Source: Amphiscolops sp. MND2022 (taxonomy: Eukaryota). Taken from it: a stretch of DNA of 64,000 bases. Under the pieces are notes generated by a model that searched no databases, was not told the DNA's origin, and was given only the letters and a program-made list of their open reading frames with translations. The stretch is from contig OZ076416.1 in NCBI GenBank assembly GCA_964187785.1, positions 31,682,001 to 31,746,000 on the forward strand, in the 5' to 3' direction. The translations under genes and the position numbers were made by a program. The first letter of the stretch is position 1. The number at the start of each line of letters is the position of its first letter. Shown here in pieces: positions 38,251 through 52,000 of this stretch.

Positions 38251-38285
38251 AATTGTATATCATCAGATTATGTGAAGGAGATAAT

Positions 38286-38976
38286 TAGTCGGCGCTTCAT
38301 GAAGTGAAACGCGACTATTATAGTGACTTTTCTTTTTTTTTTTTTTCAATCCACACGAACTGACCAAAATAGTTCTTAAAAGTTCTACAAAATATTATGG
38401 TGTCAAATAGCACCATTTGGCCTAGCGAACTGGACCAAAATGAATTTACCTGTTTTTCCGCGTAACATATCATACCGGGCGAGACCAAAGAGTCCCCCCT
38501 TTCATTTTTTTTCGGCACTGCGAGACATTTTTTTCGGATTTTTTTTTCGAAATTTTTTTTCCGCAAAGGGTCCCCCCTGCATTTTTTTTGATGTTTTGCG
38601 ACAGAATGGATGTTGAAAAATCCCAAAGGGTTCCTCCTTTCAGTTTTTTTCGGCATTGTGAGATTTTCTCCCGAAAATAAAAAAATTTTTTTCTTCAATT
38701 TTTTCATGTTTTGCGACAGAATGGATGTTGAAAAACCTCAAAGGGTCCCCCTTTTCAGTTTTTCGGCATTGTGAGACGTTAGCGCGCCAGGGGCTCGCGG
38801 TAGCGAGCCCCGGCGCGCCACTCGGTCCATTTTTTTAGTATGTAATTTTTTCAAAAAAAAAATTTCGAAAAATTTTCGAGTTTCGACTACTGTAAACGAA
38901 TACTTGACACTTGGAAGTCTTTTTGCTATTTTTGAGCCTTGGATATGGCGCCGACTTGGGCCGGTCCCGGCTTGTT
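38286..38976 (+). mobile_element. Helentron/HINE-like non-autonomous element, copy A
   Basis: Subterminal IR AGTCGGCGC (38287) / GCGCCGACT (38948); 3' hairpin GCCG-GTCC-CGGC at 38960-38971; T-rich junctions; internal GC hairpin 38782-38818; internal ccccctt..ttttcggca..gtgagac subrepeats. Confidence 0.7.
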
Positions 38977-39750
38977 TTGTTTTTTGTTGCGAATATACGA
39001 TGTTGAAATCAGGCGGAAGGACTCGTTTGAAATATGAGGAAAAATTATATGGTGTAGCAACGATTGAACAAAAGTCAGTTTGAAAAAAGTTCTTTTGACT
39101 GTTGGGATCTAAAAAAGATAGATTGTTGTGATTTCGCTTGATTGAATTTAAATTGTAGAAGAAAGGTTCGTTTTTTATATGGAGAAAATGAAACAAGTTT
39201 TTTGGAAATGCATCCAGAGAAAAGCGGTTAAAGGTTTTCAGGTGGAAGGCGACAAGAGGAATTAATTTCAACAAGGCTTTCAGAAGTTTGAATAAATATA
39301 CTATTCATTGACGTTAATGGTATGTCGTTACACTTCATCGGTGTTGGAGTAGGAGGATTTAACTTGGTTGATTGCCAGGTATTGTGTATCGGTGAACAGT
39401 GGAAGAAGCGTATCATTTTAGGAAATGGAATTATGCAAATATGGAGGAGATTTTAATCGTGGTAGATGGGATTTATGAGGAGAAAGGTTTTTATGAGGTT
39501 TAGTACGTAAATTATATTTAGGGGTGGAAGTGAATTGTCGTCAAGTAACAGTGGAGTTGTTATAGAGGGATAAGTTGCAGAGATTTTTGTGGCAGAAGTA
39601 GAAGTTGTGGGTAAAGATCTTTGCATGGGATTTTTATTTTCGGGAGTTATCAATTTAGTCTTGAAATGATGTTTACGTTTAGTTTTAAGTGTAACTCTGT
39701 TTATAGGGGATTTATTTCAACGGGGTAGAGATGAATCGTAGTCATTTCCA

Positions 39751-41938
39751 GAATCAGAAGTGGAAGAATGAATCATTGCTGATTGCTGTCATCATTGTTT
39801 TAGTTACTGTTCTAAAGAAAGCATAGCGTTAGAAGCTAGGAAGAAACGATAGAAGCTAGGAAAGGCAATGAAGGCAAATCGGAGAAAAAGAGCATTGAAG
39901 AAATATATTCCACATTGAGTTAAAATATAACAGAGGTGTCCAAATAGTTTAATGAAAGCATCAGTACACCAATCAGGAGTGAGGAAAGGAGTAAGATTCA
40001 ACATAAAATCATAGAGACTAAATCTTAGGGATTGGTATGGAATATCAGCCATAACTTCAGAGGGTTGATTACTCATAAATTCATAACTATTAGCTGTACC
40101 AAGGAGTTGTAATGTATTATCAGAGTCTTTGGCAAAAAGAACACGGTTCCAAAAATGTTTAAGTTCCATTTGAGAAAAAAGTCCTTCATCTTGGGAAGTA
40201 CACATACTTGGACTAATAGCAGTCTGACATTGAGTTGGTTCAAAAAGTTGAGGAGGGACGTTTTTTGATACGTTCTGGTTTTAAAAGGTTAGTGATCTGT
40301 ATCCAGATCAAGGGCGATAACATTTCGAGTGTTGTTTTCACTAAAAATTTGATTTGAATATTCATAAGTTTGACGAGTGAAAGGATCAATCTACATAACA
40401 GTATCGAGATAGTTTACAGGGATTCTATCATAGCATTGTTTAGTATTGTATAAAGGAGAGAGATACTAAGGACAATTATGAAGCCAGGCGGCGGAATCTT
40501 CGACGTATAAAATCTTACTACGGCTTTGAGTTAAAATGAAACCAGCTAATTTTGGATTTTTACCAAACATTGCGAGAATGGTCAAAAGTTGAGGTCACTT
40601 CGTGAAAATCAACTTCACAAATTGTTTGGGGAGAGTTCACTTCAGCAACAACTATTGGTTGAAACACATGATTGATGAAATATTAAACTTCTGTTATATA
40701 ATGAGCTCCATAATCGATGGTGGCAAACTTGTTGGAGTTGTTTAAAGTTGGGAAAAGAAGTTCATTTTGATCTTGTGGGGATTACTAAAAATTAGGTTTA
40801 GTGATGCGAAAAGCAGGTTGTTAAGTTTCAAAAATGTGTTGTTGAATCAGAAGTGGAAGAATGAATCATTGCTGTCATCATTGTTTTAGTTACTGTTCTA
40901 AAGAAAGCATAGCCAAAATAGGCGGAAATAGAAATTAGAAACGATAGAAGCTAGGAAAGGCAATGAAGGCAATTCGGAGTAAAAGAGCTTTGAAGAAAAA
41001 TATTCTACATTGAGTTAAAATATAACAGAAGTGTCCAAATAGTTTAATGAAACATCTGTACACCATTCAGGAGTGAGGAAAGGAATAATATTCAACATAA
41101 AATCATAGAGACTACATTTTAGGGATTGGTATGGAATATCAGCCATAACTTCAGAGGGTTGATTACTCATAAATTCATAACTATTAGCTGTACCGAGGAG
41201 TTGTAATGTATTATCAGAGGCTTTGGCAAAAAGAACACGGTTCCAAAAATGCTTAGGTTCCATTTGAGAAAAAAGTCCTTCGTCTTGGGAAGTATAAATA
41301 CTTGGACTAATAGCAGTCTGACATTGAGTTGGTTCAAAAAGTTGAGGAGGGACTTTTTTGATACGTTCTGGTTTTAAAAGGTTAGTGATCTGTATCCAGA
41401 TCAAGGGCGATAACATTTCGAGTGTTGTTTTCACAAGAAATTTGATTTGAATATTCAAAAGTTGACAAGTGAAAGGATCAATTTACATGACAGTATGGAG
41501 ATAGTTTACAGGGATTCTATCATAGCATTGTTTAGTATTGTATAAAGGAGAGAGATATAATGTGGACAATTATAAAGCCAGGCGGCGGAGACTTCGACGT
41601 ATAAAAACTTACTCCGGCTTTGAGTTAAAAGGAAACCAGCTAATTGTGGATTTTTACCAAACATTGCGAGAATGGTCAAAAGTTGAGTTCACTTCACGAA
41701 GTTCAACTTCACAAATTGTTTGGAGAGAGTTCAATTCAGCAACAGTTATAGGTTGAAACACATGATATGATGAAATATTAAACTTCTGTTATATAATGAG
41801 TTCCATATTCAATGGTGGCAAACTTGTTGGAGAAGTTTATAGTTGGGAAAAGAAGTTCATTTTGATCTTGTGAAGATTAATAAAAACTATTTTTAGTGAT
41901 GCGAAAAGCAGGTGGTTTAGTTTCAAAAATGTGATGTT
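39751..41938. repeat. Tandem duplication of about 1.09 kb (39751-40843 and 40844-41938) covering the 3' half of the env-like ORF
   Basis: gaatcagaagtggaagaatgaatc starts both copies; ORFs 39804-40205 and 41015-41458 are near-identical. Confidence 0.9.
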
Positions 41939-42450
41939 TTTGAGTATCGTCGAAGGAAGAAAATTAAAGCGCTACTATATTCAAAAGCGTGATATTGAGG
42001 ATTGTCAGTACCATTGAGGGGTCGGATAGCGTGTTTACATTCAGTAGGATCAAGAGTACGAAGACGCTTCATCATGTTTTGATGATAATCTTCACGGTCA
42101 TGACCACAGTATTTATAGTCAGATTGAACACAAACGAACTTTTCACGGTTGACGTATGCTTTCATCGGTCCATTGTTTAACACGTTAGCTTTTGCGCGAA
42201 CAAAGACATCAGCGATAACACGAGTGCTTTCTAAGGAAGCGAAAGCTTGAGTGCAGGGTTGAACACGGGTCAAACTAAATTGGCGAAGGGTTATGAAGTT
42301 CAGAGCAATCATAATGAGGAACAGCAGACCGGAAATATGAGGATCACTAGGTTCAACTATTTCGTCGTAAGAGACAGTAGAAGAGACAGTTATCAAAAAG
42401 TGAGAAAGAAAAGAAAGAAGAAGAATCAGTAGTGCATGTGGTTAGAAAAC
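39804..42450 (-). pseudogene. env-like membrane glycoprotein remnant downstream of integrase
   Basis: Hydrophobic N-terminal stretch; Cys-rich ectodomain (QPC..AYVNREKFVC..LDPTECKHAI); ICE..QLLTILAMFGKNPQLAGFLL..LYVE..AWLYNCPH..CYDRIPV at about 41500-41720 across frameshifts; C-terminal TM-like FIKLFGHLCYILTQCGIYFFNALFLRFAFIAF. Confidence 0.65.
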
Positions 42451-43677
42451 AATAGTGAAACGATAAATATCCAGCAGTATATTTTAAGTATGTAAGAGTG
42501 TTGAAAAAGAAATAGTAGAACCGTGAAGGAGGCGGAAAGGAGGATGATCTCAGTTTTTACGAATTGAAGTTAGAAAATTGAAGGTTCTAATCTTGGAAAT
42601 TCTTCAAGACGACGTTCGTTCCAGATATTGTTATTAGTAATCGGCTTATAAGATGCAAGACAAAAAAGTCTAGGTTCTTCTCGAGAATGATTATTTAAAT
42701 TATCAAATATATTTAAGAGATTATCAACGCGCTTAGGTATAGTATGAAATGAATTTCGACCAGTGTTAAGAGTTGCAAACGAAAGGTGGCTATCTGAAGA
42801 AAGTACACTAAGGTTTGGTGAAGAGGCCCGAGAAAACAATTGTCCTGCGGTATTAAAGGAAGATAGAGAGGAAAGTTGTGGGAAAGCGGAGAAAAAGTAG
42901 CTGAATCAACGTCACGTAAAAAGATTATTCACGAATAGTTTCGAAAGGTTCAAGAAGGGGATTGGTTAAAGGTTTCGGAGCTGGAAGAGTAGGATTTAGT
43001 TGAAAATGACTACAGCGAGTTTTGATGGACGTAGGAACTAAGATTGATTTATGAGTTATGGGTTTATTCTTTTTACTTAGAAGTGTAGGGTCAATATCAC
43101 TGAGATGGGAAATATGATGGATAGAAGGGGAGGAGAATGATTAGGTGTTTTGTTAAAAGGAGTTATGTTAAATTCAGTGTCTGAAAGGGGCGTTGGTGAA
43201 CATTTCTGTTGAATAGGAAATTACTGTTTGAATAGGGGTTTTATAGCAGTATGTTGTTAAGTATTTGTTGGAGTGGTTTATAAAGAAAGAGTTACAGGTA
43301 TAGGTTTTAAAGTTGAACGATCTCCAAATAGAGAAGAATTATCAGAGGTGTCAAGAGTGTCAGTGGAGACTCAAAAAATATAGGAACTAGTGCCTGATGA
43401 GCTAAATGATAGGGTAACAGGATAACAGGAGGATCCAGGGTGAAAACGTTAAATTGTTTTCTAATTTTCAAGTTACCTTTATTCACTTTATTGTGTTCAA
43501 GATGAATGATTAGCCTACTAATCAGTTAAAAGTTTACGACCAAAAGATGGTAATATGGTCTGGCAGAGGCTAGTAATCTGATTGGGTATGAAGAAGTCAA
43601 GACATGTTATGATAAGCCTAGACTGGAGGAACGTCAACCATGTCTGGAGTGGTAATGCAGTATTCGGGGATATTAAA

Positions 43678-45600
43678 CTAATGAAGGAAGCTAATACAAA
43701 ATTGAGGGTTATTGTATGTACTTGGTGGGCGTGGCCGTAAATTATAGGGTGATTGAGCTCTAATAGGAGTGGGGTCTGTTTGATTTTCATTGGTAGGTTC
43801 TAGGTTAAGATCTGGAGAATCGGCAAACGCGGACAGAATTTTGGAGAGGAAGGAGTTTGGGCAGAAAAACAAGGAGGAGTATCCTAAGAAAAGTAATGAT
43901 GTATTGGTAAGAGAGATTCTGATAGTTATGAGGTGATGTCTAAAGTTTTTTATATTGATATATATTGATGAATGGGTATAATCGAGGAGTTTGTAATAAA
44001 TGTTCAGGAGTACTATTTTGACCATAGGCGGAAATTTTTGATGAATTATCTCGATAAGAGTCATTATCAGGGTTGTCAACAAGAGATGATGTTGATTGAT
44101 ATCGGCGTATATAGGGAAAGAAGGGGAAGCGGGTTTTCTGGATAAGAAGGTAAAAATATAGTTTCGATTGGTTTGAAAAGTAGAACCATTTTCTGCCAGA
44201 AGTTCAAATTTTTACATCCGGGAGGTGTTCGATAGTTTTGTAAGGGCCACGAAGAAGAGGTTTGCGTTTTGTTGAAATTTTACAAAAGTGAATAATGAAG
44301 GTGGTATTGGGAGGTTGATTCAAATGAATGGTTTCAACTGTAGAAGTGTGTCAGTTAAATTTGTTTGTTTTATGACGATGACCTGTTGAATAAATCTCAA
44401 TCAAGGCATCTTCTGCTGATGAAAGGTACATGTTTAACATGACGCCCGCTAGGCAGCGGGATATTTTCTTCGACACTCTTAATGCAAAAAAAGTATGGCG
44501 AAGGAAAGGATCAAACCCACGACCTACTGGCTGGTAAACACAAAAAAATTCAAGCACCACACCGGGTTCGAACCCACGACCTACTGGCTAGGAAAACAAT
44601 AAGGAAGCGCACTTCATCCGATGGAGTGGAGATACAGTGGAGTTTTGGCAGAATTTGATTTTCCTCCCCCATTTATATGGGCGGAAAATAATAATGAGAG
44701 AGTGAAAAAAAGGTTCAAGTTCTTGATCACTATAATGGGTATGACGAGCAAGTGAATCACAATATGCAGCAATACATTCTTCATAATGATTGGCCATAAG
44801 GTAAAGAGAAAATGATAGCGGAATACGTGGGTGTGAGTGGAATTTGGTATGGAGAGAGTTCACGTTGTGAACAAGGAGTAGTTTTAGGTGCATAAGCATA
44901 CATTTGAGTTTGTAAAGACCAGGTATTAGGAGGGTCTTGAAGAAATAAGTAAAAATGAGTTCCATGATTACGGTTGGGAGCTTCAACTAAACCGTTTGTC
45001 CAAGGAGAGTATGGAGTGCGTGAATGAAGGAAAAATATTAAAAAGAGAACAAAGATGTGTCATGTCTTGATTTAGTTATTCTGTGCCAAGGTCTGTGACC
45101 AGATATCGAGGAGGGCTAGATTTAGTAATCCAAAGGTTGAAAAGTGTTTGAATAGCATATTTAGAAGAAACTTGAGGTGAAATTTGTAACAACAAAATTG
45201 GTAAAGGCATGAATGATAACAAAGATAAAAGAATTAATACTAGAAGCGGTGAGATTTGACATTCAAGACAATCATGATTGAGAATGGAGAACAGAATAGT
45301 GAGTAAGGTATACAAAAAAATTGATGAGAAGTTTTAATGGAAAATTTTTCACCAGAACGACCATGTGAGTAAGTTTTATCAAAAGCGGCAGAGAAGAGTT
45401 TGAAATTAAACATATGTGTGTTTGGTTAGTAGATGGTTGAGATTCAATAAAATTCTTCAAATATAGGTGTTAGAGGTGCATTGGATGTAAATTTGGGTCA
45501 GTGTTCAGATGATGGAAATGTTTTTACCATGTATTAGGAAAAGAGTTCGCTTCAACGATTTGGGTTGAGGTGAAAGGTTTTCATTTTGTTTTAGCCAGGT
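43678..45600 (-). pseudogene. pol: Decayed Gypsy integrase and C-terminal tail
   Basis: LWITKSSPPRYLVTDLGTE (TDxG core), HSHPRIPLSF, terminal SPYNLRPRP. Confidence 0.7.
44514..44589 (-). repeat. Two tandem tRNA T-arm (B-box)-like fragments, probably SINE-derived
   Basis: On -: GGTCGTGGGTTCGAACCC and GGTCGTGGGTTTGATCC; 19-bp direct repeat at 44514 and 44571. Confidence 0.5.
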
Positions 45601-47599
45601 ATAAACTGTAGAAAGAACAGGGTCATCCTTTTGAGCTTCGAAAAGTATTCGAACTGTTAGAAATGTATCACTAGGAAGGAAGAAATTTTCAAATGCTTTT
45701 CAATGAGCAAAGATAGCAAAGAAAGATGGGTCGAAAAGTGGTAATGAGTGTTGAAGTTGGTATTATAGGAGTTTGAGTAATAGCATTTGTTGTAACGGAA
45801 GTATTAAAATTTGAAAAATAGGAATTTGTAAAATTTGTTATGGGTTCTTGGGAAAGTTGAGGGTCATGATAATTTTGGTGTGAAATTTCATGAGCGAGGT
45901 TAAAATGATGTTTGGTGTTTGAGGTTGGGTGAGACCGAATTGCCGAATGACAACTTGAATAATCCGGTGAGAAGCTCACATGTTTCAACTGGTACTACTA
46001 GTTCCAATAATTCAATATTACAAAGCGGAAGATCATAACGTTGTCCAACGTTCTTGGGTATATTCCTCAAGTCTTCTATACGGGGGAAAACATTCGATGG
46101 TGACTCCCTTCTTCCACTTACTATAGTGTTTAGTGCCCCGCTGAAATAGATCTTATGTTGCCTATAACGTCGAGCCAAGAAGAGAGGGCTGTCCAATCCT
46201 CTTCCGAGACTTTCCATCACACCACACACTATCCCGATCGAACTTTCAACCAGGCGTAAACGACAACGACATCAATATTCTTTGAAGGGACACATGTTCC
46301 TCAAGCACCCAGAATTGAAGTTTTTTTGCTACTAGACCGATTGACGGGAAAACCCCATGCAATTGGTGGTGCCGGGTCTGTAGATTAGAATTGTCACTGA
46401 TGAGCCGGGGTACTCTTGAGCTGATGTCCCATTATCGGTTTGATTTCCACCTTTTAAAGAACATCTTTACGACGTCAGTGAGGGAAAAACAACAACCTCA
46501 ACAAATCTGTTGCAGTCATATGTGGATGCTTCAACTGCAATATACTACATGTAGTTCATGAATTGAGAAAGTGAAGTGAAATACGTTTCGCGATTCTTGC
46601 ACTAATACCTGCATAACCTGTGACGAATCGCCAAAAGCAAAATTTCACTTGGTTCTCTTGATTCTTGAAATTGTGTGGAATCTTCAGTCATCTTGTGTGG
46701 ATTCTTCAACTGTGTGGACTTATCGAAAAATTTGAATTTTTTAAATTTTGAGTCTTGTGAGTGATCTTGAACCGTTTTGTGTGCATTCTTGAAATTAGGT
46801 GGATTCTTAAACCTATTGTGTAGATTCTTCGTTTGCAAGATCAATTCCAAGAAGATCTAATCGCTCAGTTACGATATTTGCCATTTCTTATATCTGTATG
46901 ATGTCATTTGCATATCTTTTTTTAGAAGAGATGATCGCATACGCATGGAGATTCCTGGGATGGCTTGGTCGATAAGGATGAGAAAGAACTCCAATGGATG
47001 GAATTGGTTGAAACCCAGGAAACTGTCAGAGACTATCCAATGGCTTTTCAATTAGACACCCTCAGGAATCTTCCTCTTGTGGAGGTTGCTTGATATCTGA
47101 CTTTTCACCAGTCCAACTGAAAGAAACCTGTCCCAGATTCTCGAGTTTGGACTAAAAACTAGTTGCCACATAGATAGCTTGAGAGGAATTTACAATAAAC
47201 TTGCTCGCCTTGTCAAAAACAAATAATAACCCATTCAAAACTGGGATTATCAACGTCTTTTTGTAAGTAACATTTTCCAACTTTATTCTAGCGGTTCTTC
47301 ATTTGTCGGAATTTCGAATGTTATTGTGGTGTAAGACAGAATATATGGTAACATATTTCCCACTGCGTTCACTCTTTTGTTGGTTTGCAGGGAATCCTGG
47401 TATAGATGTTCCGTCCGGGATTTAATGAATTACTGCTTCACTATGTGCACATCTTCTGGGGTTTGCTCTGTGGCTTTGCAGAAACCTTCTACCTTCCTCA
47501 TTAAACCTTCTGGTGTGATAATGTCTTTAATAGAGTCTGATTAAGAACTGGGCCTCGAAGTATTTCAATCCTCAGTCTGATCTTCTCATTTATTAGCCA

Positions 47600-50400
47600 T
47601 TACGATACTCCACCTTCTCGCATTAGTCTCGTCAGAATGGGAGAAAAAGTAGTCGCCTGTCGACTTTCATCACTAGCGGGCACCACGATTATCGAGCGCC
47701 ACAATTTTTGCACCATTATTTTCCTGCTTATGAAATTGAGTAAATCGTTCGATCGGGGTTAATTACAGCTTTTCTCTTTCTCACCTTCATAAAGTATTAA
47801 TTTCTCTCTTTATATTATTCTTCCAACTTTTGGTCGCCAGAGTTTTATTTGGTGTTCTGTTGTGTTATTAGTCCCCGATAAATCTCTGCGATTCATCGGC
47901 TCTCATCGAATCCCTGTCTACCAACTGGGATCGAGTTCGTGACCATATAGCCCTAGTGTTCAGGCTACCGATGTACTGCTTCCACAGGAGAGATGTTCAA
48001 GTTGTTTCTTCTTTACCACTGTTTCAGCCAAACACTTTGGACGTTTGTTCCCAGTTCGATACAGCCTATCTTGCAAAACACTTCATCATCCGTTGCGGCA
48101 TAGATCGCCGTTAGTCTGCTTTGCTTATTTCTCTCTAGCTGAACTCCCATGAACTAACGTCCACTAACTGATTTCTCTTGGTTAATTTTTACTATAAGTG
48201 ATGGATAATCAACTCGTCGTTAATTGCTTTGTGATGTAGAATTACGATGTGTTTCAGACAACTCAGCCTTTCTGATCTTCAAACACAAATGGGAGGTGGT
48301 TTTCGTTTACTTAATCAGTATACAGTGATCGTCTACAGTAAGCTTCAGAATAAACTCTCGACAGTTCGTTGGGAACCATATCTGATTGAGATAGTTATTT
48401 GTGCCTGAGTTTAGACGAGCCTACTTTACCGTTCAAAACAGCTGATTAATTTGTTTTGAACAAAGATTTCAACAGAGTGGTGCTTGTTAGTTAATTAGCG
48501 CAACGTAGCGACCTCGTGGAGCAGTTTATGGCATTTTACAAGTGACTATTACTGTGGCATCGTTGTCTAAGATGTGGGGTATTCTGCCTGCTAGAGCGAG
48601 CGTTTCGAAAGTTGTAGGGTATAGGTGTTCTCTGCAAACAATCAATGGTTTTGCATTTGGGTGTCCTGTTTCAGTTGCATTGATAGGTATGGGAAGGTTA
48701 AGATGCCTTGACTGACATCAAAAATGACGATGTTTCTGTGACGGAAACACACACCAATGAATCGGTTCGGTAAATTTTTCATGATAATTTTTTTATTGCT
48801 TCATTAGCTAGCAAATTGATTTTGTTGAGGTCTCGTTCGGAGATTGCTCTTGTTAGGGCTCCTGTGTCTATGAGTCCATCGAGAGTGAGTTTTATGAAGT
48901 CGAACAACAAATAGTACTGATGGCGCTTTCGTTTTGGTGTTAAAGAGAGTGAAGTTGTGAGATAATGAGATATGATAGGTTCCGTTCCTTGTCAAACTGT
49001 TTATGATTAGTGATAACATCATCTGAAAAGGGTTGTTTTGTTCATTGCAAAAACGTTGTTGTTTCAGAAGTTATTCTCCTGGGTGTGCGATGAGTTTTTG
49101 GGCTGGAGTCAATTTTGTGGTGCATTGATTGTTTTGGTTTTGTAGAGTAGTTTCCTGGTGAATCTCAAAATAGTGGATAGTATGTTTTTGAGGGTTGTCA
49201 TATTTGTGAAATTTTCTGGTGTCGGGATGACGGCGGGTTCTGTAGTCAGTTGTTTGAGTTTACCGATTCCACTTGAATGGTGGTCTCGTGGTTTTTAGTC
49301 GGCGCTTCATGAAGTAAAACGCCACTATTATAGTGACTCTTTTTTTCTATCCACACGAACTGATCAAAATAGTTCTCCAAAAGTTCTACAAAATATTACT
49401 GCACCAAATTGCACTATTTTGTCTAGCGAACTGAACCAAAAAGGTTTTTCCTGTTTTTCCGCGTAACATACCATACCCGGCGAGACCAAAGGGTCCCCCC
49501 TTCCAATGTTTTTCGGCACTGCGAGACTTTTTCTCCGGGAAATTGTTTTCCCCAAAGGGTAGGGTCCCCCCTTCTATTTTGTTGCTGTAGCGCGCCAGTT
49601 GCTCGCGCTAGCGGGCCCCGGCGCGCCACTCGGTCCATTTTTTGGATATGTATTTTTTTCGAAACTTTTTTTTTCAAAAAATTTTCGATTTACGAGTACT
49701 GTAAAAGAATACTTGACACTTGGAAGTCTTTTTGCTGTTTTTGAGCCTTGGATATGGCGACGACTTGGGCCGGTCCCGGCTTGTTTGTTACCATTTGGGC
49801 GTTTCGTTTTTTAAGGCGTGGCCTTTCTAGTACAAATCCTCCGAAGAGGACTGTTAATGTCGTTCTATTTTGGTTCAATTGGTTTTTAAATTTGTTTGTT
49901 GATTTCAATGACTCTATTCTGAGCTTCTGTTTTGCTCCACTTCGGTTTGTTTTGTATTTGTTGTTTGGGCGTTGTGTTTGTTAGGGCGAGGCGTTTCTAG
50001 TTTAAATCATTCGAAGAAGATGAGGATTGTTGTTGACTTTATACTTTCGGTTATCTTGGATATCTTGCGTGTTTATCGGTTTCAAAATATTCTTTTACTT
50101 CTTTTAACTTCTGTTTGGTTCCACTTCGATGGGCGCTTTGAATGCTAGCTCCAAAGTAGAAGTTTTTTCGGACATTCCTCAGGCGTGTTACAACTTGGCA
50201 TTTTTCTGTGCTTTGATCTTCTTTGAATTTGCGTCGTTCAACAAGTTTGGGGCAATCAAACTTGGTGTGGCTTGCATCGTTACAATTTCCCCATTGGTCG
50301 TTTTTGAGGTGTTTATTAGGTACTGTTTTTGGAGTGTTGTTTGTTGTGCTTTTCAACTTTTTGTTTTATCTCCGTAACGGTTATTTGGGCTTATCAAGGT
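47600..50400 (-). pseudogene. Decayed gag-like remnants
   Basis: Degenerate knuckles GNCNDASHTKFDCPK (ORF 50051-50356) and CKNCGAR*SWC (about 47690-47720). Confidence 0.35.
49296..49785 (+). mobile_element. Helentron/HINE-like element, copy B
   Basis: Same 5' tagtcggcgcttcatgaag and 3' gccggtcccggcttgtt ends as copy A; fewer internal subrepeats. Confidence 0.7.
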
Positions 50401-51927
50401 TCCGTGAGCTCGTTTCTCTGATTCGAGATGTTTGACAATTTAGTCGTATGTTGCATTTTAATGGTGGGCTTGGTTGATGAATGTTTAAGGTGGGGAGGAG
50501 GTTCGGCGTAGGGGAAAGTCTGTATAATTTGGTGTGCATTTTCGTTGGATGTTTTTTCTGTACTCTTTTGTTTTCTAAGAAGTCCGGAAGTTTCTTGTTA
50601 TCTGGCTCACTTTATAGTCTGTTGAATCAATGTTTGGCTGATGCGCTAGATTTCGATCTTCACATGTTTTCTGCGAAAAACTAGGATGTACTCCAAAGTC
50701 GTTGTTGGCGTTCTTTGTAAATTTTTGAATGTTTTCAGTGCCAAACCTCTGAGACAACGGTTAATTTTTGATTCTTCTGTTAGGTTTGGTTGCATTCGCA
50801 ATTGTATGATATAAGGCTAAGGCTTCAAAATATTCAAATATTCAAAAAGTGATTGTTGGGAATTTGTGTTCGCCAGTTTTTCTATTGCAAGTGGAATTTG
50901 ATTAACTGGGTAAGTGGTTTTCCCGTCGAAGTGTATATTTTGCTTTACAGTGCGTAGGCAAGTTTTTTTCAAACGTTTTGCGGAAATCAGGACACGAAAT
51001 CTCGAAAACCGAGACGCGTGCACTGAATTCATTCGCCTCAGATGTCGACTGCTTCCTTTGAAGTTGAAATCTTACTTTCCGCATTTTTGTGTCTTGGCAA
51101 GTTAATGGGGCCAATTAATTGCCACTTATGCCAGGCCTCAATAGACCCAATTATGTAGAGAGCAAATCGTGCAACTTGTCTCAGATTCCACAATTTTATC
51201 CAGTAGAGTAATTCGTACACCTGTATTCTGGAACAATTATAATATGTTTCCGCATTTTATCTCTGGAAATCAGATGAAAATTGTTAGAAAAGTTAATGTT
51301 CGGAAGCAAACTTCTGTTAAATGAAGCTTCACGTTTTGACCTACAATTGAAAACAAAAAATCTCCAATTCCACACCAATTATTTCATAAAAAATTTCATT
51401 TTTTTGTCAATTTCATTACAGTTGGTAGAAAAGTAAGCTTTTTTGCTTAAGATGGCCTTTTCCGTTAAATCCCCCGCAAACCCTTCCCCCCGCAGTATGC
51501 GCAGAAATTTCACTTCCCCACCACTATCAGCGATGAATGAAAGTTATAAAAAACTGCTATTTGATTGATTGTTACTATTAATTCAATGATAATTTTTCTA
51601 GACCGCCTAACTGAAGTGGAACAAGTATATAGGGGGGGGGACTTTAACAGAAAAGATCCGCAAGCATTTTTTCCAAGTCTTCTCTAAGATAATAAGACTG
51701 TAGAGTTCGGTATCTAAAGTTCGGTTGGAAACAAAGGAATCAAAGGAGGCAATGATGCTTAGAAAGAGTTCAAAATTAATTGTTGGTTGGCAAAAGAACA
51801 ATAATTGAATAAGAAAATTACCAAACAGTAACAAACAACGGTTAGCTTTTTTTGCCTTTTTTCAAGGATTTTGAAACAAAATTAATGGTAAAAAGACAAA
51901 AAAATCAGGCATTCTTTTCTAAATAAT

Positions 51928-52000
51928 TTCCGTTAGCGGGATCTGAACCTACGATCTTACGATCGGAAAGCTAGCGCGCATCCTATATGGCCGACGGGTC
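51928..52000 (-). repeat. tRNA-derived sequence (SINE head or tRNA pseudogene)
   Basis: On -: A-box-like CGGCCATATAGG and B-box-like GGTTCAGATCC about 45 nt apart; acceptor stem not intact. Confidence 0.5.

Noticed and set aside
51928-52000. Functional tRNA gene
   Set aside because: Acceptor and anticodon stems do not pair properly; better explained as SINE or pseudogene
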